In this document: positions 45,407 through 54,956 of the stretch, in pieces
Layout of the letters: each line of letters begins with the position of its first letter
Position numbering within the stretch: position 1 is the stretch's first letter
NCBI GenBank assembly: GCA_904396155.1
Contig: CAJFOI010000034.1
Coordinates: 16,959-80,958 of the forward strand
Length of the DNA stretch: 64,000 nucleotides
Reading direction: 5' to 3'
DNA from: Candidatus Avispirillum faecium
Lineage (GTDB): Bacteria; Bacillota; Clostridia; Oscillospirales; CAG-272
Translations under genes and position numbers: made by a program
Notes under the pieces: model-generated
The model's database searches: none
Told to the model about the DNA's origin: nothing
What the model saw: only the letters and a program-made list of their open reading frames with translations

Positions 45407-47808
45407 ATTTTCGAAAATATTTGAGAGATCATATTGTTTTTCTGGACGGGGGGATGGGCACTCTTTTGCAGAAGCGCGGACTACAGGCCGGAGAAGCCCC
45501 GGAGAGATGGAACCTCACCCACAGGGAAGCGGTTATAGACATCCAGCGCCAGTATTTTGATGCGGGGAGCAATGTGGTTTGCACCAATACCTTTGGGGCA
45601 AACACTTTGCATTTTGCAGAAGATGTGCTGGAGGAGATCGTAAAGGCGGCTCTCGACAATGCGCGGGCGGCACGGGATAAAAGTGTGGGTGCGCAGGAAA
45701 AATTCATCGCTCTGGACATCGGTCCTTCCGGAAAACTCCTCAAGCCCCTGGGAGATCTGGACTTCGAGGATGCGGTCGCGATGTTTGCCCGGACCGTTCG
45801 CCTGGGTGTACAGTATGGCGCAGATCTCATTTTGATCGAGACGATGAGCGATGCCTATGAAACCAAAGCGGCGCTCCTTGCCGCAAAGGAAAACAGCTCG
45901 CTGCCGGTTCTGGTTTCCAACGCATACGGAGAGGACGGCAAGCTGATGACCGGCGCCACTCCCGCTGCCATGACGGCACTTTTGGAGGGAATGGGTGTCG
46001 ATGCCCTGGGTGCGAATTGTTCTCTGGGTCCAAAGCAGCTGTGCGGTGTGGTAGAAGAACTTCTCCGGTGCGCTTCTGTCCCGGTGCTGTTTAAGCCCAA
46101 CGCGGGGCTTCCCAAAGGGGTGGGGGGAGAAACGGTATATGACGTGACGGACCGGGAATTTGCTGAGGATGTAGCAAAGCTGATCCAAAAGGGTGTACGT
46201 GTGGCAGGCGGGTGCTGCGGCACCACCCCCGCCCATATCCGGATGCTTGCGGATCTGACCGGCGGATATACGCCTGTCCCTCTTGCAGACAAGGGGTGTA
46301 CCGTTGTTTCTTCCTATACCCATGCAGTGACGTTTGGACAGGCGCCTGTGCTGATTGGAGAGCGGATCAACCCCACCGGGAAGAAGCGGTTCAAGCAGGC
46401 GCTCATGGAGAGGGATATGGACTATATTCTCTCAGAGGGTGTCCGGCAGCAGGAGCAGGGTGCGGACATTCTGGACGTCAATGTGGGACTTCCCGATATC
46501 GATGAGGCCGCAATGCTGCTGGACAGCGTGTGTGCACTGCAGTCGGTCGTGGATCTGCCGCTTCAGATCGACACGTCCGACCCGGAGGCCATGGAGGCAG
46601 CGCTGCGCCGCTACAACGGCAAGGCGATGATCAATTCGGTAAACGGGAAGCGGGACAGCATGGAGGCGGTATTTCCCCTGGCCCACAAGTACGGGGGCGT
46701 GATCGTGGCGCTGACCCTTGATGAGAACGGGATCCCGGATACCGCCGAGGGCAGGGTGAAGATTGCAGAGAAGATTCTGCACACGGCTGCCCAGTACGGC
46801 ATCGCAAAAAAGGATATTATTTTTGACACGCTTGCCATGACGATCAGCGCCGACACCTCTGCCGCAAAAGTTACCCTTGCGGCGCTGCGCCGTATCCGGG
46901 AGGAGCTTGGATGTCATACGCTGCTGGGTGTTTCCAACATCTCTTTTGGCCTTCCCAATCGGGACGCAGTCAACGGTACATTTTTTGCACTGGCCCTGGC
47001 ATACGGACTTTCAGGAGCGATCATGAACCCCTATTCCGCCGACATGATGCGCACCTATTATACTTTTAAGGCGCTGTGGAATCTGGATCCGAACTGCGCA
47101 GAGTATATCGGGGCAGCAGACAGTTTTTCCATTTCTGTGTCTCAAAAGGCGGAGCATCCTTCCGAAAAGGTGGAGGGACAGGCAGGTTCCCAGCTGCAAA
47201 GTGCAATTATAAAGGGTTTCAGGGAAAGGGTCGGGATCCTTACGGCGGAGCTTTTGCAGACAGTACCGCCGCTGGAGATTGTAAACCGGGAGATCATTCC
47301 CGCACTCAACACGGTCGGGGAAGGATTTGAAAACAAAACGGTGTATTTGCCGCAGCTTTTGACAAGTGCGGAAGCGGCAAAGTGTGCTTTTGAAAGCATT
47401 AAGACCTTCGTTGCGGCAGGTGGGAAGAAATCTGCCGGGAAGGGGGTTGTCGTCATAGCGACGGTGCGGGGAGACATCCACGACATAGGAAAAAATATTG
47501 TAAAACTTCTTTTGGAAAACTATGGATTTGATGTGGTGGATCTGGGAAAGGATGTGCCCGCCGGGAAAATTGTAGAGACGGTTGCAGATCTTCATGCGCC
47601 TCTGGCCGGCTTGAGTGCGCTCATGACCACTACGGTCCCGGCAATGGAAGAGACGATTCGTCTGCTGCGGGAAAAGGCGCCCTGGTGCAAGGTTGTTGTA
47701 GGGGGCGCGGTGCTTACCCAGGAATATGCGGACAGGATCGGTGCGGACAAATATGCAAAAGACGCCATGGAGACGGTCCGCTATGCACAGAGTGTGATAG
47801 AGAAATGA
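45403..47808 (+). CDS. metH: methionine synthase (Hcy-binding, pterin-binding and B12-binding modules, no activation domain)
   Basis: 801 aa. Has an N-terminal homocysteine S-methyltransferase domain, a pterin-binding domain (LGVSNISFGLPNR) and a cobalamin-binding domain (VIATVRGDIHDIGKNIV). Confidence 0.95.
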   Translation: MNFRKYLRDHIVFLDGGMGTLLQKRGLQAGEAPERWNLTHREAVIDIQRQYFDAGSNVVCTNTFGANTLHFAEDVLEEIVKAALDNARAARDKSVGAQEKFIALDIGPSGKLLKPLGDLDFEDAVAMFARTVRLGVQYGADLILIETMSDAYETKAALLAAKENSSLPVLVSNAYGEDGKLMTGATPAAMTALLEGMGVDALGANCSLGPKQLCGVVEELLRCASVPVLFKPNAGLPKGVGGETVYDVTDREFAEDVAKLIQKGVRVAGGCCGTTPAHIRMLADLTGGYTPVPLADKGCTVVSSYTHAVTFGQAPVLIGERINPTGKKRFKQALMERDMDYILSEGVRQQEQGADILDVNVGLPDIDEAAMLLDSVCALQSVVDLPLQIDTSDPEAMEAALRRYNGKAMINSVNGKRDSMEAVFPLAHKYGGVIVALTLDENGIPDTAEGRVKIAEKILHTAAQYGIAKKDIIFDTLAMTISADTSAAKVTLAALRRIREELGCHTLLGVSNISFGLPNRDAVNGTFFALALAYGLSGAIMNPYSADMMRTYYTFKALWNLDPNCAEYIGAADSFSISVSQKAEHPSEKVEGQAGSQLQSAIIKGFRERVGILTAELLQTVPPLEIVNREIIPALNTVGEGFENKTVYLPQLLTSAEAAKCAFESIKTFVAAGGKKSAGKGVVVIATVRGDIHDIGKNIVKLLLENYGFDVVDLGKDVPAGKIVETVADLHAPLAGLSALMTTTVPAMEETIRLLREKAPWCKVVVGGAVLTQEYADRIGADKYAKDAMETVRYAQSVIEK

Positions 47809-47816
47809 AAAGAAAA

Positions 47817-47856
47817 TTCCCCGGGGGAAAATCTACCCCCGGGGAAATTTTTTTAT
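47817..47856 (+). terminator. intrinsic terminator after metH
   Basis: TTCCCCGGGGG-loop-CCCCCGGGGAA stem followed by ATTTTTTTATTTT. Confidence 0.85.
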
Positions 47857-47994
47857 TTTAATTTTTCATTGGAAGAATTTTCACCGGTACCGGCGTTTTT
47901 GCAAACCAGACGCAGATTTGTTTTTCCAACCAGAATTTGTTGCAGATAATCGGACGCGCGCTGCAGAAACTATTCTAAGAAGGGAGGCGTGAAT

Positions 47995-48816
47995 TTGAAA
48001 AGAATTCTGTTGTTTTTGCTCCTTGCAGCTTTGCTGGTCACGCCTGTATCTGCTGCATCGGATACGAAGACAGATCTTCGGCTGCCTATCGTGATGTACC
48101 ATCACCTGTCCCCCAAGAAAAAACTGCAGGGGGACTACGTGCTTTCTCCCGACGAGTTGGAAGCAGATTTACAGTATCTGCGGGAGCATGGATATGAAAG
48201 CATTACGACAAAGCAGCTTATCGGCTGGAGCAGAGGAGAAGTGCAGCTCCCCGAAAAACCCGTGATGATTACCTTTGATGACGGCTATGAATCCACGATT
48301 GTGTACGCCGGTCCGCTACTGGAAAAATACGGATTTCAGGCCGTGGTGGCTGTAATCGGCAGCGCGGCGGATCTGTTCAGCGAGAAGCGGGATCACATGC
48401 TGGACTACTCCTACCTTGCATGGGACGCAATACGGGATATCTCCCGTGGAGATACCTTTGAAGTACAGTGCCACACGTATACGATGCACAAGCTGAATAC
48501 CCGAAAAGGGTGTGGGAAGATCATGGGAGAGGGATATACGGATTATCGAAAGAAACTCACAGAGGACCTCACCCGGTTTCGGGACAAGTGTGCGGCAGAA
48601 GATGTACAGCTGACGGACACCATCGCTTTTCCCTACGGCGTATACAGCGACGAGACCATTTCCATTATCAAGGAACTGGGCTTTGCGGCTGCATTTACCT
48701 GCACGGAACGGGTGAATCATTTGACCGGAGACCCGGATGAATTGTATGAGCTGCGCCGGTTCAACCGCCCCCACGGTATTTCCAGTGAAAAGTTTTTCAG
48801 CAAGTGGGAGGACTGA
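47995..48816 (+). CDS. secreted polysaccharide deacetylase (NodB/CE4 family)
   Basis: Signal peptide KRILLFLLLAALLVTPVSA. ITFDDGYES motif. The TTG at 47995 (7 nt after GGGAGG) is preferred; the GTG at 47989 is an alternative. Confidence 0.85.
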   Translation: MKRILLFLLLAALLVTPVSAASDTKTDLRLPIVMYHHLSPKKKLQGDYVLSPDELEADLQYLREHGYESITTKQLIGWSRGEVQLPEKPVMITFDDGYESTIVYAGPLLEKYGFQAVVAVIGSAADLFSEKRDHMLDYSYLAWDAIRDISRGDTFEVQCHTYTMHKLNTRKGCGKIMGEGYTDYRKKLTEDLTRFRDKCAAEDVQLTDTIAFPYGVYSDETISIIKELGFAAAFTCTERVNHLTGDPDELYELRRFNRPHGISSEKFFSKWED

Positions 48817-48819
48817 GTC

Positions 48820-49794
48820 TCACAGAAGATTTTGACGCTGCCAGGCGGGATCTTCCGGTGTCAGGTAAGACATCGGCACGTCCAGTACTGTCATGGCGCC
48901 CCGTTTTCCCTCTCTGTGCAGGCGAACGGCCGCCCGGGCGTATGCCGTGAGGACGCTTGCGGTAAACTCCGGATTGGATTCCAATTTGAGGGAAAACTCC
49001 ATCACATGCTTGTTTTCTCCGGTGCTTCCGCTGCGGATGACCATGCCGCCGTGGGGCATTTTGCTGTGGTTTTTTTGAAGCTCTTCTTCAGATATAAAAG
49101 TAACTGTTGTATCGTAATCCGCAAAATAATTGGGCATTTCCTTGATTTCCCGCTCGATGCGGGCCTTGTCTGCCCCCTCCTTCGCTACTACGTAGCATTC
49201 CCGCAGGTGCTTCTCACGGGTGGACAGAGTGGGATTTTTTCCCTCGCGCACTGCCTGTACCGCTTCTTCTATGGGAACGGTATACTGAATGGCATTGGCG
49301 ACGCCTTCGATCCGGCGAATGGCGTCGGAGTGGCCCTGGGAAACGCCCCGGCCCCAGAAGGTGTAGACACTGCCACAGGGAAGTGCGGCCAGGGAAAGCT
49401 GACGCATGATGGAAAACAGTCCCGGATCCCAGCCCACGGAAATAATGGACAGCGTGTCTTTTGCTGCGGCGTTCATTGCTGCGTAATAGTCGGGAATTTT
49501 TGCGTGGGTGTCAAAGCTGTCAATGGTGTTAAAGAGCTTTGCAAAGGCGGGTCCCTGTATGGGCAGGTCGGTCGCGGAGCCCCCACAGAGGATGACCACA
49601 TCCAATTCTCCCTGCATAGACGCAGCGTCGTCTGCACGGAGGATTTTTGCGCTGGGCGTGTTTGTCTGCAGCGCAGACGGGTCGCGTCGTGTAAAGAATG
49701 CGGAAAGCTCCATATCCGGAGCCGCATTTACTGCTTTTTCCACGCCACGGCCTACATTTCCGTAGCCTGCGATTCCAACTTTGATGTTTTCCAT
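48820..49794 (-). CDS. ddh: meso-diaminopimelate D-dehydrogenase
   Basis: MENIKVGIAGYGNVGRG, DTHAKIPDY, WDPGLFS and GVSQGHSDAIRRIEGV are typical Ddh sequences. Confidence 0.92.
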   Translation of the reverse strand: MENIKVGIAGYGNVGRGVEKAVNAAPDMELSAFFTRRDPSALQTNTPSAKILRADDAASMQGELDVVILCGGSATDLPIQGPAFAKLFNTIDSFDTHAKIPDYYAAMNAAAKDTLSIISVGWDPGLFSIMRQLSLAALPCGSVYTFWGRGVSQGHSDAIRRIEGVANAIQYTVPIEEAVQAVREGKNPTLSTREKHLRECYVVAKEGADKARIEREIKEMPNYFADYDTTVTFISEEELQKNHSKMPHGGMVIRSGSTGENKHVMEFSLKLESNPEFTASVLTAYARAAVRLHREGKRGAMTVLDVPMSYLTPEDPAWQRQNLL

Positions 49795-49920
49795 AATTCT
49801 ATTTTCTCCTTGTTTAAGTATTTATATTTGTGATGCGTGCAATTTGTGTCATTGCTTTACCAGTCCACAATTGCAGTTTGCATTGCATCCTCTCACAAAT
49901 AGATTGATACGTATACGCAA

Positions 49921-49951
49921 AAGGTCTCGCACACAGTGCGAGACCTTTTGG
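49921..49951. terminator. stem-loop terminator downstream of tRNA-Arg (bidirectional shape)
   Basis: AAAAGGTCTCGCAC-ACAG-TGCGAGACCTTTTG. Confidence 0.75.
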
Positions 49952-49966
49952 GCAGCGTACTGCCGC

Positions 49967-50043
49967 TGGCCTGTCTGGCAGGATTTGAACCCGCGACACC
50001 TGGAATCGGAATCCAGTGCTCTATCCAGCTGAGCTACAGACAG
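49967..50043 (-). tRNA. tRNA-Arg (anticodon CCG)
   Basis: Manual cloverleaf: CTGTCTG-TA-GCTC-AGCTGGATA-GAGC-A-CTGGA-TTCCGAT-TCCAG-GTGTC-GCGGG-TTCAAAT-CCTGC-CAGACAG-G-CCA. 77 nt with an encoded CCA end. Confidence 0.9.
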
Positions 50044-50129
50044 ATATTTTATACAGATTTTTACTGCCCGATTATTATAGCACAAACTTTTTGTTTTGTA
50101 AACCCATATTTTTGCGAAAAGAAAAATAT

Positions 50130-50158
50130 TTGCTATTGCGGCCGGACTGTGGTATACT
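50130..50158 (+). promoter_or_regulatory. sigma-70-type promoter for fhs
   Basis: TTGCTA (50130-50135), 17-nt spacer, TATACT (50153-50158), preceded by TGG. Confidence 0.6.
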
Positions 50159-50193
50159 GATACCAGTTTGAATGGGTGAAACGGGGGATGTAT

Positions 50194-51867
50194 ATGCTGA
50201 CGGATATTGAAATTGCCAGAAACACAAAAATGCTGCCGATCGGGGAAATTGCGGACAGGCTTGGAATTTTGCCGGAGGAACTGGAACCCTACGGGCGATA
50301 TAAAGCGAAAATCAGTGATGCTTTTATCCGCCGCGCCGCTTCCCGTCCGGACGGAAAGCTGATTTTGGTGACGGCCATCAACCCTACTCCGGCCGGAGAG
50401 GGAAAGACCACTACCACCGTGGGGCTGGGCATGGCGATGGAAAAAATCGGGAAAAAAGCGGTGATTGCCCTGCGGGAGCCCTCACTGGGACCTGTGTTTG
50501 GGCTCAAAGGAGGGGCTGCCGGAGGCGGGCATGCCCAGGTGCTTCCCATGGAGGACATCAATCTGCATTTTACCGGGGATTTTCATGCGATCACCGCGGC
50601 CAATAATCTGCTTTGCGCCATGATCGACAATCACATCCAGCAGGGAAACGCACTGGACATCGATCCGCGGCGGATTTTGTTCGGCAGAGTGACAGATACC
50701 AACGACCGGGCACTGCGCAATACTGTGGTGGGCTTGGGCAAGCCTACGGACGGCGTGCCCCGGGAAGAGCATTTTATGATCACCGTCGCCAGTGAGGTCA
50801 TGGCGATTCTGTGTCTGGCGGAGGATCTGAGCGATCTCAAGCGCAGGCTGGGCAGCATCCTTGTGGCGTATACCCGCGCCGGTGCGCCTGTATATGCCAG
50901 AGATCTGCAGGCAGACGGCGCCATGACAGTGCTTTTGAAGGATGCCCTTTTGCCCAATCTGGTCCAGACTACAGAAAATACCCCCGCAATCATCCACGGC
51001 GGCCCGTTTGCCAACATCGCGCACGGATGCAATTCCATCCGAGCCACAAGACTGGCACGGAAGCTTGCCGACTACGCCATCACGGAGGCAGGATTCGGAG
51101 CCGATCTGGGCGCGGAGAAGTTTTTTGATATCAAGTGCCGCATGGCCGGCCTGGATCCCGCGGCAGTCGTTTTGGTGGCTACCGTGCGGGCGCTGAAATA
51201 CAACGGAGGAATTTCAAAGGATGCACTGGCTGGTGAAGACGTTGCGGCGGTGGAACGGGGCGGCGCCAATCTGGAGGCGCATATCGAAAATCTCAAAAAA
51301 TTCGGTGTGCCCGTCGTGGTGGCGGTAAACCGCTTCCATACGGATACAAAAGCAGAGCTGGAGGCGGTGCGGCAGATCTGTACCCGCAGCGGTGCCCGGT
51401 GCGCCATGTCTGAGGTCTTCGCCCGCGGTGGGGCCGGGGGTACGGAACTGGCCCATGCTGTAGTAGAGGCATGTGAAGAACCATCGCATTTTGCGCCTAT
51501 TTATGGAGATGACCTGTCGATCCGGGAGAAAATAGAGCGGATTGCAACGGAGATTTACGGCGCCAGAGGTGTCCAGTTTGAGAGCGGTGCACTGAAATCC
51601 ATGCAGCAGATCGCAGATCTGGATCCGGCATATGAAAGATTCCCGGTATGTATGGCGAAAACCCAGTACTCTCTGTCGGATGATCCCACAAAACTGGGGC
51701 GCCCCCGGGATTTTGACATCACCGTGCGGGAAGTGCGTCTGTCCGCAGGTGCCGGCTTTATTGTGGCACTTACCGGCGCAATTTTGACGATGCCCGGCCT
51801 GCCGCGGGATCCGGCAGCCTGCAGGATAGACATAGATCCGGCGGGAAACATTACAGGGTTGTTCTGA
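50194..51867 (+). CDS. fhs: formate--tetrahydrofolate ligase
   Basis: [10 protein letters not shown]..., [27 protein letters not shown]. 557 aa. Confidence 0.96.
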   Translation: MLTDIEIARNTKMLPIGEIADRLGILPEELEPYGRYKAKISDAFIRRAASRPDGKLILVTAINPTPAGEGKTTTTVGLGMAMEKIGKKAVIALREPSLGPVFGLKGGAAGGGHAQVLPMEDINLHFTGDFHAITAANNLLCAMIDNHIQQGNALDIDPRRILFGRVTDTNDRALRNTVVGLGKPTDGVPREEHFMITVASEVMAILCLAEDLSDLKRRLGSILVAYTRAGAPVYARDLQADGAMTVLLKDALLPNLVQTTENTPAIIHGGPFANIAHGCNSIRATRLARKLADYAITEAGFGADLGAEKFFDIKCRMAGLDPAAVVLVATVRALKYNGGISKDALAGEDVAAVERGGANLEAHIENLKKFGVPVVVAVNRFHTDTKAELEAVRQICTRSGARCAMSEVFARGGAGGTELAHAVVEACEEPSHFAPIYGDDLSIREKIERIATEIYGARGVQFESGALKSMQQIADLDPAYERFPVCMAKTQYSLSDDPTKLGRPRDFDITVREVRLSAGAGFIVALTGAILTMPGLPRDPAACRIDIDPAGNITGLF

Positions 51868-52298
51868 TGCGGGAATTTATAGAAACCCACTCCCCAGAGG
51901 AGACGGAGGCGGCGGGCGCACATCTGGCGCAGGCGCTTTTGTCCCGGCGTCCCGGCGCGTTGTGTTTCGTTTGCCTGTATGGGGATCTTGGAGCGGGAAA
52001 GACCGCTTTTGTCCGGGGATTTGCGTCGGTGCTTTCGCCGGGCAGCCGGGTAAGCAGTCCCACGTACACCATTGTCCGCGAATACCGGTGCGGTCCGGTG
52101 CCTCTGTTTCATTTTGACTTGTATCGTTTGGAGGAATCGGAGGACGGTCTCGCGGAGATCGGTTTTGACGAGTATGTGTCCGGCGGCCACTGCATCGTGG
52201 AATGGAGCGAATATCTTCCCCAGTGTCCTCGGGACAATATCAAGGTCACTATCCGCAGGACCGGTGCGGGCGACAGACAGATCGAAATGGAGTACTGA
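51867..52298 (+). CDS. tsaE: tRNA t6A37 biosynthesis ATPase TsaE
   Basis: GDLGAGKTAFVRG P-loop, SPTYTIV, HFDLYRL. Overlaps the fhs stop (TGATG). Confidence 0.9.
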   Translation: MREFIETHSPEETEAAGAHLAQALLSRRPGALCFVCLYGDLGAGKTAFVRGFASVLSPGSRVSSPTYTIVREYRCGPVPLFHFDLYRLEESEDGLAEIGFDEYVSGGHCIVEWSEYLPQCPRDNIKVTIRRTGAGDRQIEMEY

Positions 52299-52301
52299 AA
52301 T

Positions 52302-53024
52302 ATGCTGACACTTGGATTGGATACGACGGCGGGGACTGCCTGTGCCGCCATTTTGTCGGACGACAAGCTGCTTTGCGAATATACGATGCATTCCGGAAAT
52401 ACCCACAGCACCACGTTGCTTCCCATGATCGAAAATATGCTGGCGCTTCTTGGGAAAAAAGCTTCCGATATCGATTTGTATGCCTGTGCCGCAGGGCCGG
52501 GATCTTTCACCGGCGTGCGCATCGGTGCGGCTACGGTGAAGGGGATGGCATATCCCTACAACACCCCTTGTGTGCCGGTGTCCACCCTGGAGGCACTTGC
52601 CTATAACTTAGTGGGATACGGGGGACTGCTCTGCCCTGTGATGAACGCACGGCGGCAGCAGGTGTATACGGCATTGTTTTCGTCGGACGGTATGCACCTG
52701 CGGCGCCTTTGTGCGGATTGTGCCATGGCTGTGGAGGACCTGGCGTCCTTGCTGAAGGATACAGGGGAGCCGGTTTATTTTGTGGGAGACGGATACGATC
52801 TGGTGACACATCTCACAGATCGGGTGACGCCGGAGCGACTGCGGTACCCAAGCGCAGTTTCTGTGGCGCTGTGCGGATATTGGATTTATGCAAACGCAGA
52901 AAACAAAGCGGTCTACGCTCCCGAGGCGCTTTTGCCTGTGTATCTGCGAAAGCCCCAGGCTCAACGGGAGCGGGAAGCGCGGCTGGAACAGGAAAAAAGA
53001 GAAAATGAAAGGAACATACTATGA
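52302..53024 (+). CDS. tsaB: tRNA t6A37 biosynthesis protein TsaB
   Basis: MLTLGLDTT..., GPGSFTGVRIG. Has a charged C-terminal tail. Confidence 0.88.
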   Translation: MLTLGLDTTAGTACAAILSDDKLLCEYTMHSGNTHSTTLLPMIENMLALLGKKASDIDLYACAAGPGSFTGVRIGAATVKGMAYPYNTPCVPVSTLEALAYNLVGYGGLLCPVMNARRQQVYTALFSSDGMHLRRLCADCAMAVEDLASLLKDTGEPVYFVGDGYDLVTHLTDRVTPERLRYPSAVSVALCGYWIYANAENKAVYAPEALLPVYLRKPQAQREREARLEQEKRENERNIL

Positions 53025-53461
53025 AAAAAATTGCGATCGCTTGTGATCATGGAGGGTATCCGCTGAAACTTGCCGTGCTGCGGCATTTGGAGAAGCAGGG
53101 ATATGAATATGAAGATTTCGGTTGCGACAGCACGGACAGTGTGGATTATCCCGATTACGGGGTGCCTGCATGTGAGGCAGTAGTGTCCGGAAGATGTGAG
53201 CGAGCCATTTTAATCTGCGGCACCGGCGTCGGCATGAGCATGTGCGCAAACAAAGTTCACGGGATTCGCGCTGCTTGCTGTTCCGACACTTTCAGTGCGC
53301 GGATGACCCGGCTGCACAACGATGCGAATGTACTTTGCTTTGGAGCGCGCGTGGTGGGTGAGGGCCTGGCGCTGGATATGGTGGATCTGTTTTTGCAAAC
53401 CGAGTTTTTGGGAGGATATCACTGCGGGCGCATTGAAAAAATGATGAAAATCGAAAAATAA
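53021..53461 (+). CDS. rpiB: ribose-5-phosphate isomerase B
   Basis: MKKIAIACDHGG, ILICGTGVGMSMCANK, HNDANVLCFGARV. Confidence 0.93.
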   Translation: MKKIAIACDHGGYPLKLAVLRHLEKQGYEYEDFGCDSTDSVDYPDYGVPACEAVVSGRCERAILICGTGVGMSMCANKVHGIRAACCSDTFSARMTRLHNDANVLCFGARVVGEGLALDMVDLFLQTEFLGGYHCGRIEKMMKIEK

Positions 53462-53475
53462 TCGCAGCTTTTTGT

Positions 53476-53511
53476 ATAACAGCCGCCCCAGGTAGGGCGG
53501 CTGTTATTTTT
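53476..53511 (+). terminator. intrinsic terminator after rpiB
   Basis: ATAACAGCCGCCC-loop-GGGCGGCTGTTAT stem followed by TTTT. Confidence 0.85.
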
Positions 53512-53601
53512 CCCATTTTTTTGCATATATTCTTACAGTTCTTTCTTTGCTCTGAGGGCAAATTTGCAGGTACGTTTAATTAAAATGGGACGGTGAGGGA
53601 T

Positions 53602-53916
53602 ATGCAGGAGATCAGAAGCGGAAGGCATACAGACGGCGAACATCTGTTGGAAAAGAAGAAAAAAGCTTCTGCAAAGTCGGACCACAGAAGCCGTGCGGCG
53701 GATATCACTGCTGTTGTGTGTGCAATGCTATGCGCTGCCGTACTTTGTCTGTTTGGCGCAAGGGAGGATACGACTTCTAAGGATGCGGTATATCAAACGG
53801 TGGGCGGCAGTACGTTCGGTGCGATCACCTACACGCCGCCGCAGCAGCCCGAGGAGTGGAGTTTTTGGGATTATTTTGCCGATGTGATGGCCGGTGTGTT
53901 CGGATATACGGACTGA
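53602..53916 (+). CDS. small single-pass membrane protein, hypothetical
   Basis: 104 aa with one helix (ITAVVCAMLCAAVLCLFG). Ends 3 nt before the M50 protease gene. Confidence 0.55.
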   Translation: MQEIRSGRHTDGEHLLEKKKKASAKSDHRSRAADITAVVCAMLCAAVLCLFGAREDTTSKDAVYQTVGGSTFGAITYTPPQQPEEWSFWDYFADVMAGVFGYTD

Positions 53917-53918
53917 GT

Positions 53919-54482
53919 ATGGCGGGAATTTTATTTTTTACCGCCGCGCTTCTTTTGTGTCCCGCGCCCGGGCTTTTGCTGCTGGCAGTATTGCTGCATG
54001 AGGGTGGACATCTGCTGTGTGCGCTGCTGCTGGGGTGGTGGCGGCCATCGATTCATCTCGGCCCGGCCGGTATCGCCCTGCGATACGAAGGGATTCATCC
54101 GCCATGGCAGGAGGTACTTGTATGTCTGTCCGGACCGATGGCCAATTTTGTCACTGTGGTGCTTTGTTGCTGGCTTCTGTATTCTGCAAATGCGGAGGGC
54201 AGGGTCCTTTTGTGCCGGACCTTGCTTTTCTATTGTGCGGGACTGGGGGTTGTGAATCTTTTGCCCATTCACGGGATGGACGGGGGAGGCATTTTGGAGG
54301 GCATTTGTGAACAACTGTTTCTGCCGGATCGTGCATATCGGATTTGCAGGGCAGGATCGATTTTGTCCGTTTTGCTTTTGTGGGGGGTAAACTTGTATAT
54401 ACAAATGAAAATCGGATTTAATTTGTCGCTTTTTGCTGTTTCTCTATATCTAACTGTGACCGTTTTGCCTGACCGCGCATAA
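53919..54482 (+). CDS. minimal M50-family site-2 metalloprotease (SpoIVFB-like, no CBS/PDZ domain)
   Basis: HEGGH in a TM helix (LLHEGGHLLCALLLG) and NLLPIHGMDGG, the second metal-ligand motif. 187 aa. Confidence 0.8.
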   Translation: MAGILFFTAALLLCPAPGLLLLAVLLHEGGHLLCALLLGWWRPSIHLGPAGIALRYEGIHPPWQEVLVCLSGPMANFVTVVLCCWLLYSANAEGRVLLCRTLLFYCAGLGVVNLLPIHGMDGGGILEGICEQLFLPDRAYRICRAGSILSVLLLWGVNLYIQMKIGFNLSLFAVSLYLTVTVLPDRA

Positions 54483-54530
54483 ACTTTATCATAGCCGCAC
54501 ACCGCACAGGCTATGAAAGGGGATGAGAAT

Positions 54531-54956
54531 ATGAACAACGATAGCGGCACCGGTTATCTGCAGGTAAAGGTGGTTTCAGGTAACGGAGCTTTTGGGATCG
54601 AGGATGCTCTGGTGCAGATTTTTGGAGTTGATGAGGGCGGACAGAACACGGGCATCATTTATTCTTTGCGCACAGACGCTTCCGGCCTGGCACCGAAGGT
54701 GGCGCTGCCGGCACCGCCGAAGGCGAATTCTTTGACGCCGCAGGAGGACGGTGCCCCTTCTGCATCCTATCATGTGAAGGTGTCGAAGGACAATTACAAC
54801 AGCGTGGAAATTACCGATGTTCCTGTTTTTGATGGGGTTACATCTTTGCAACGAGTCAATCTTTTACCTGAAAACGAGTTTGCGGACTTGTCTCCTGGCT
54901 ATCCGAGAGAATTTACACAAATTTATGATGTACCACCATCGGAGTTATCATTATGA
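54531..54956 (+). CDS. SleC N-terminal (pre-pro) region homologue, encoded as a separate ORF
   Basis: GYLQVKVVSGNGAFGIEDALVQIFG...LAPKVALPAP...YHVKVSKDNYNSVEI resembles the N-terminal roughly 140 aa of clostridial SleC as I recall it (GFLTVSIID...VVNIYS...LVLPAPD...YIVEAIADGYETVVI). The ATG at 54531 sits 7 nt after AAAGGGGA. Confidence 0.6.
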   Translation: MNNDSGTGYLQVKVVSGNGAFGIEDALVQIFGVDEGGQNTGIIYSLRTDASGLAPKVALPAPPKANSLTPQEDGAPSASYHVKVSKDNYNSVEITDVPVFDGVTSLQRVNLLPENEFADLSPGYPREFTQIYDVPPSELSL

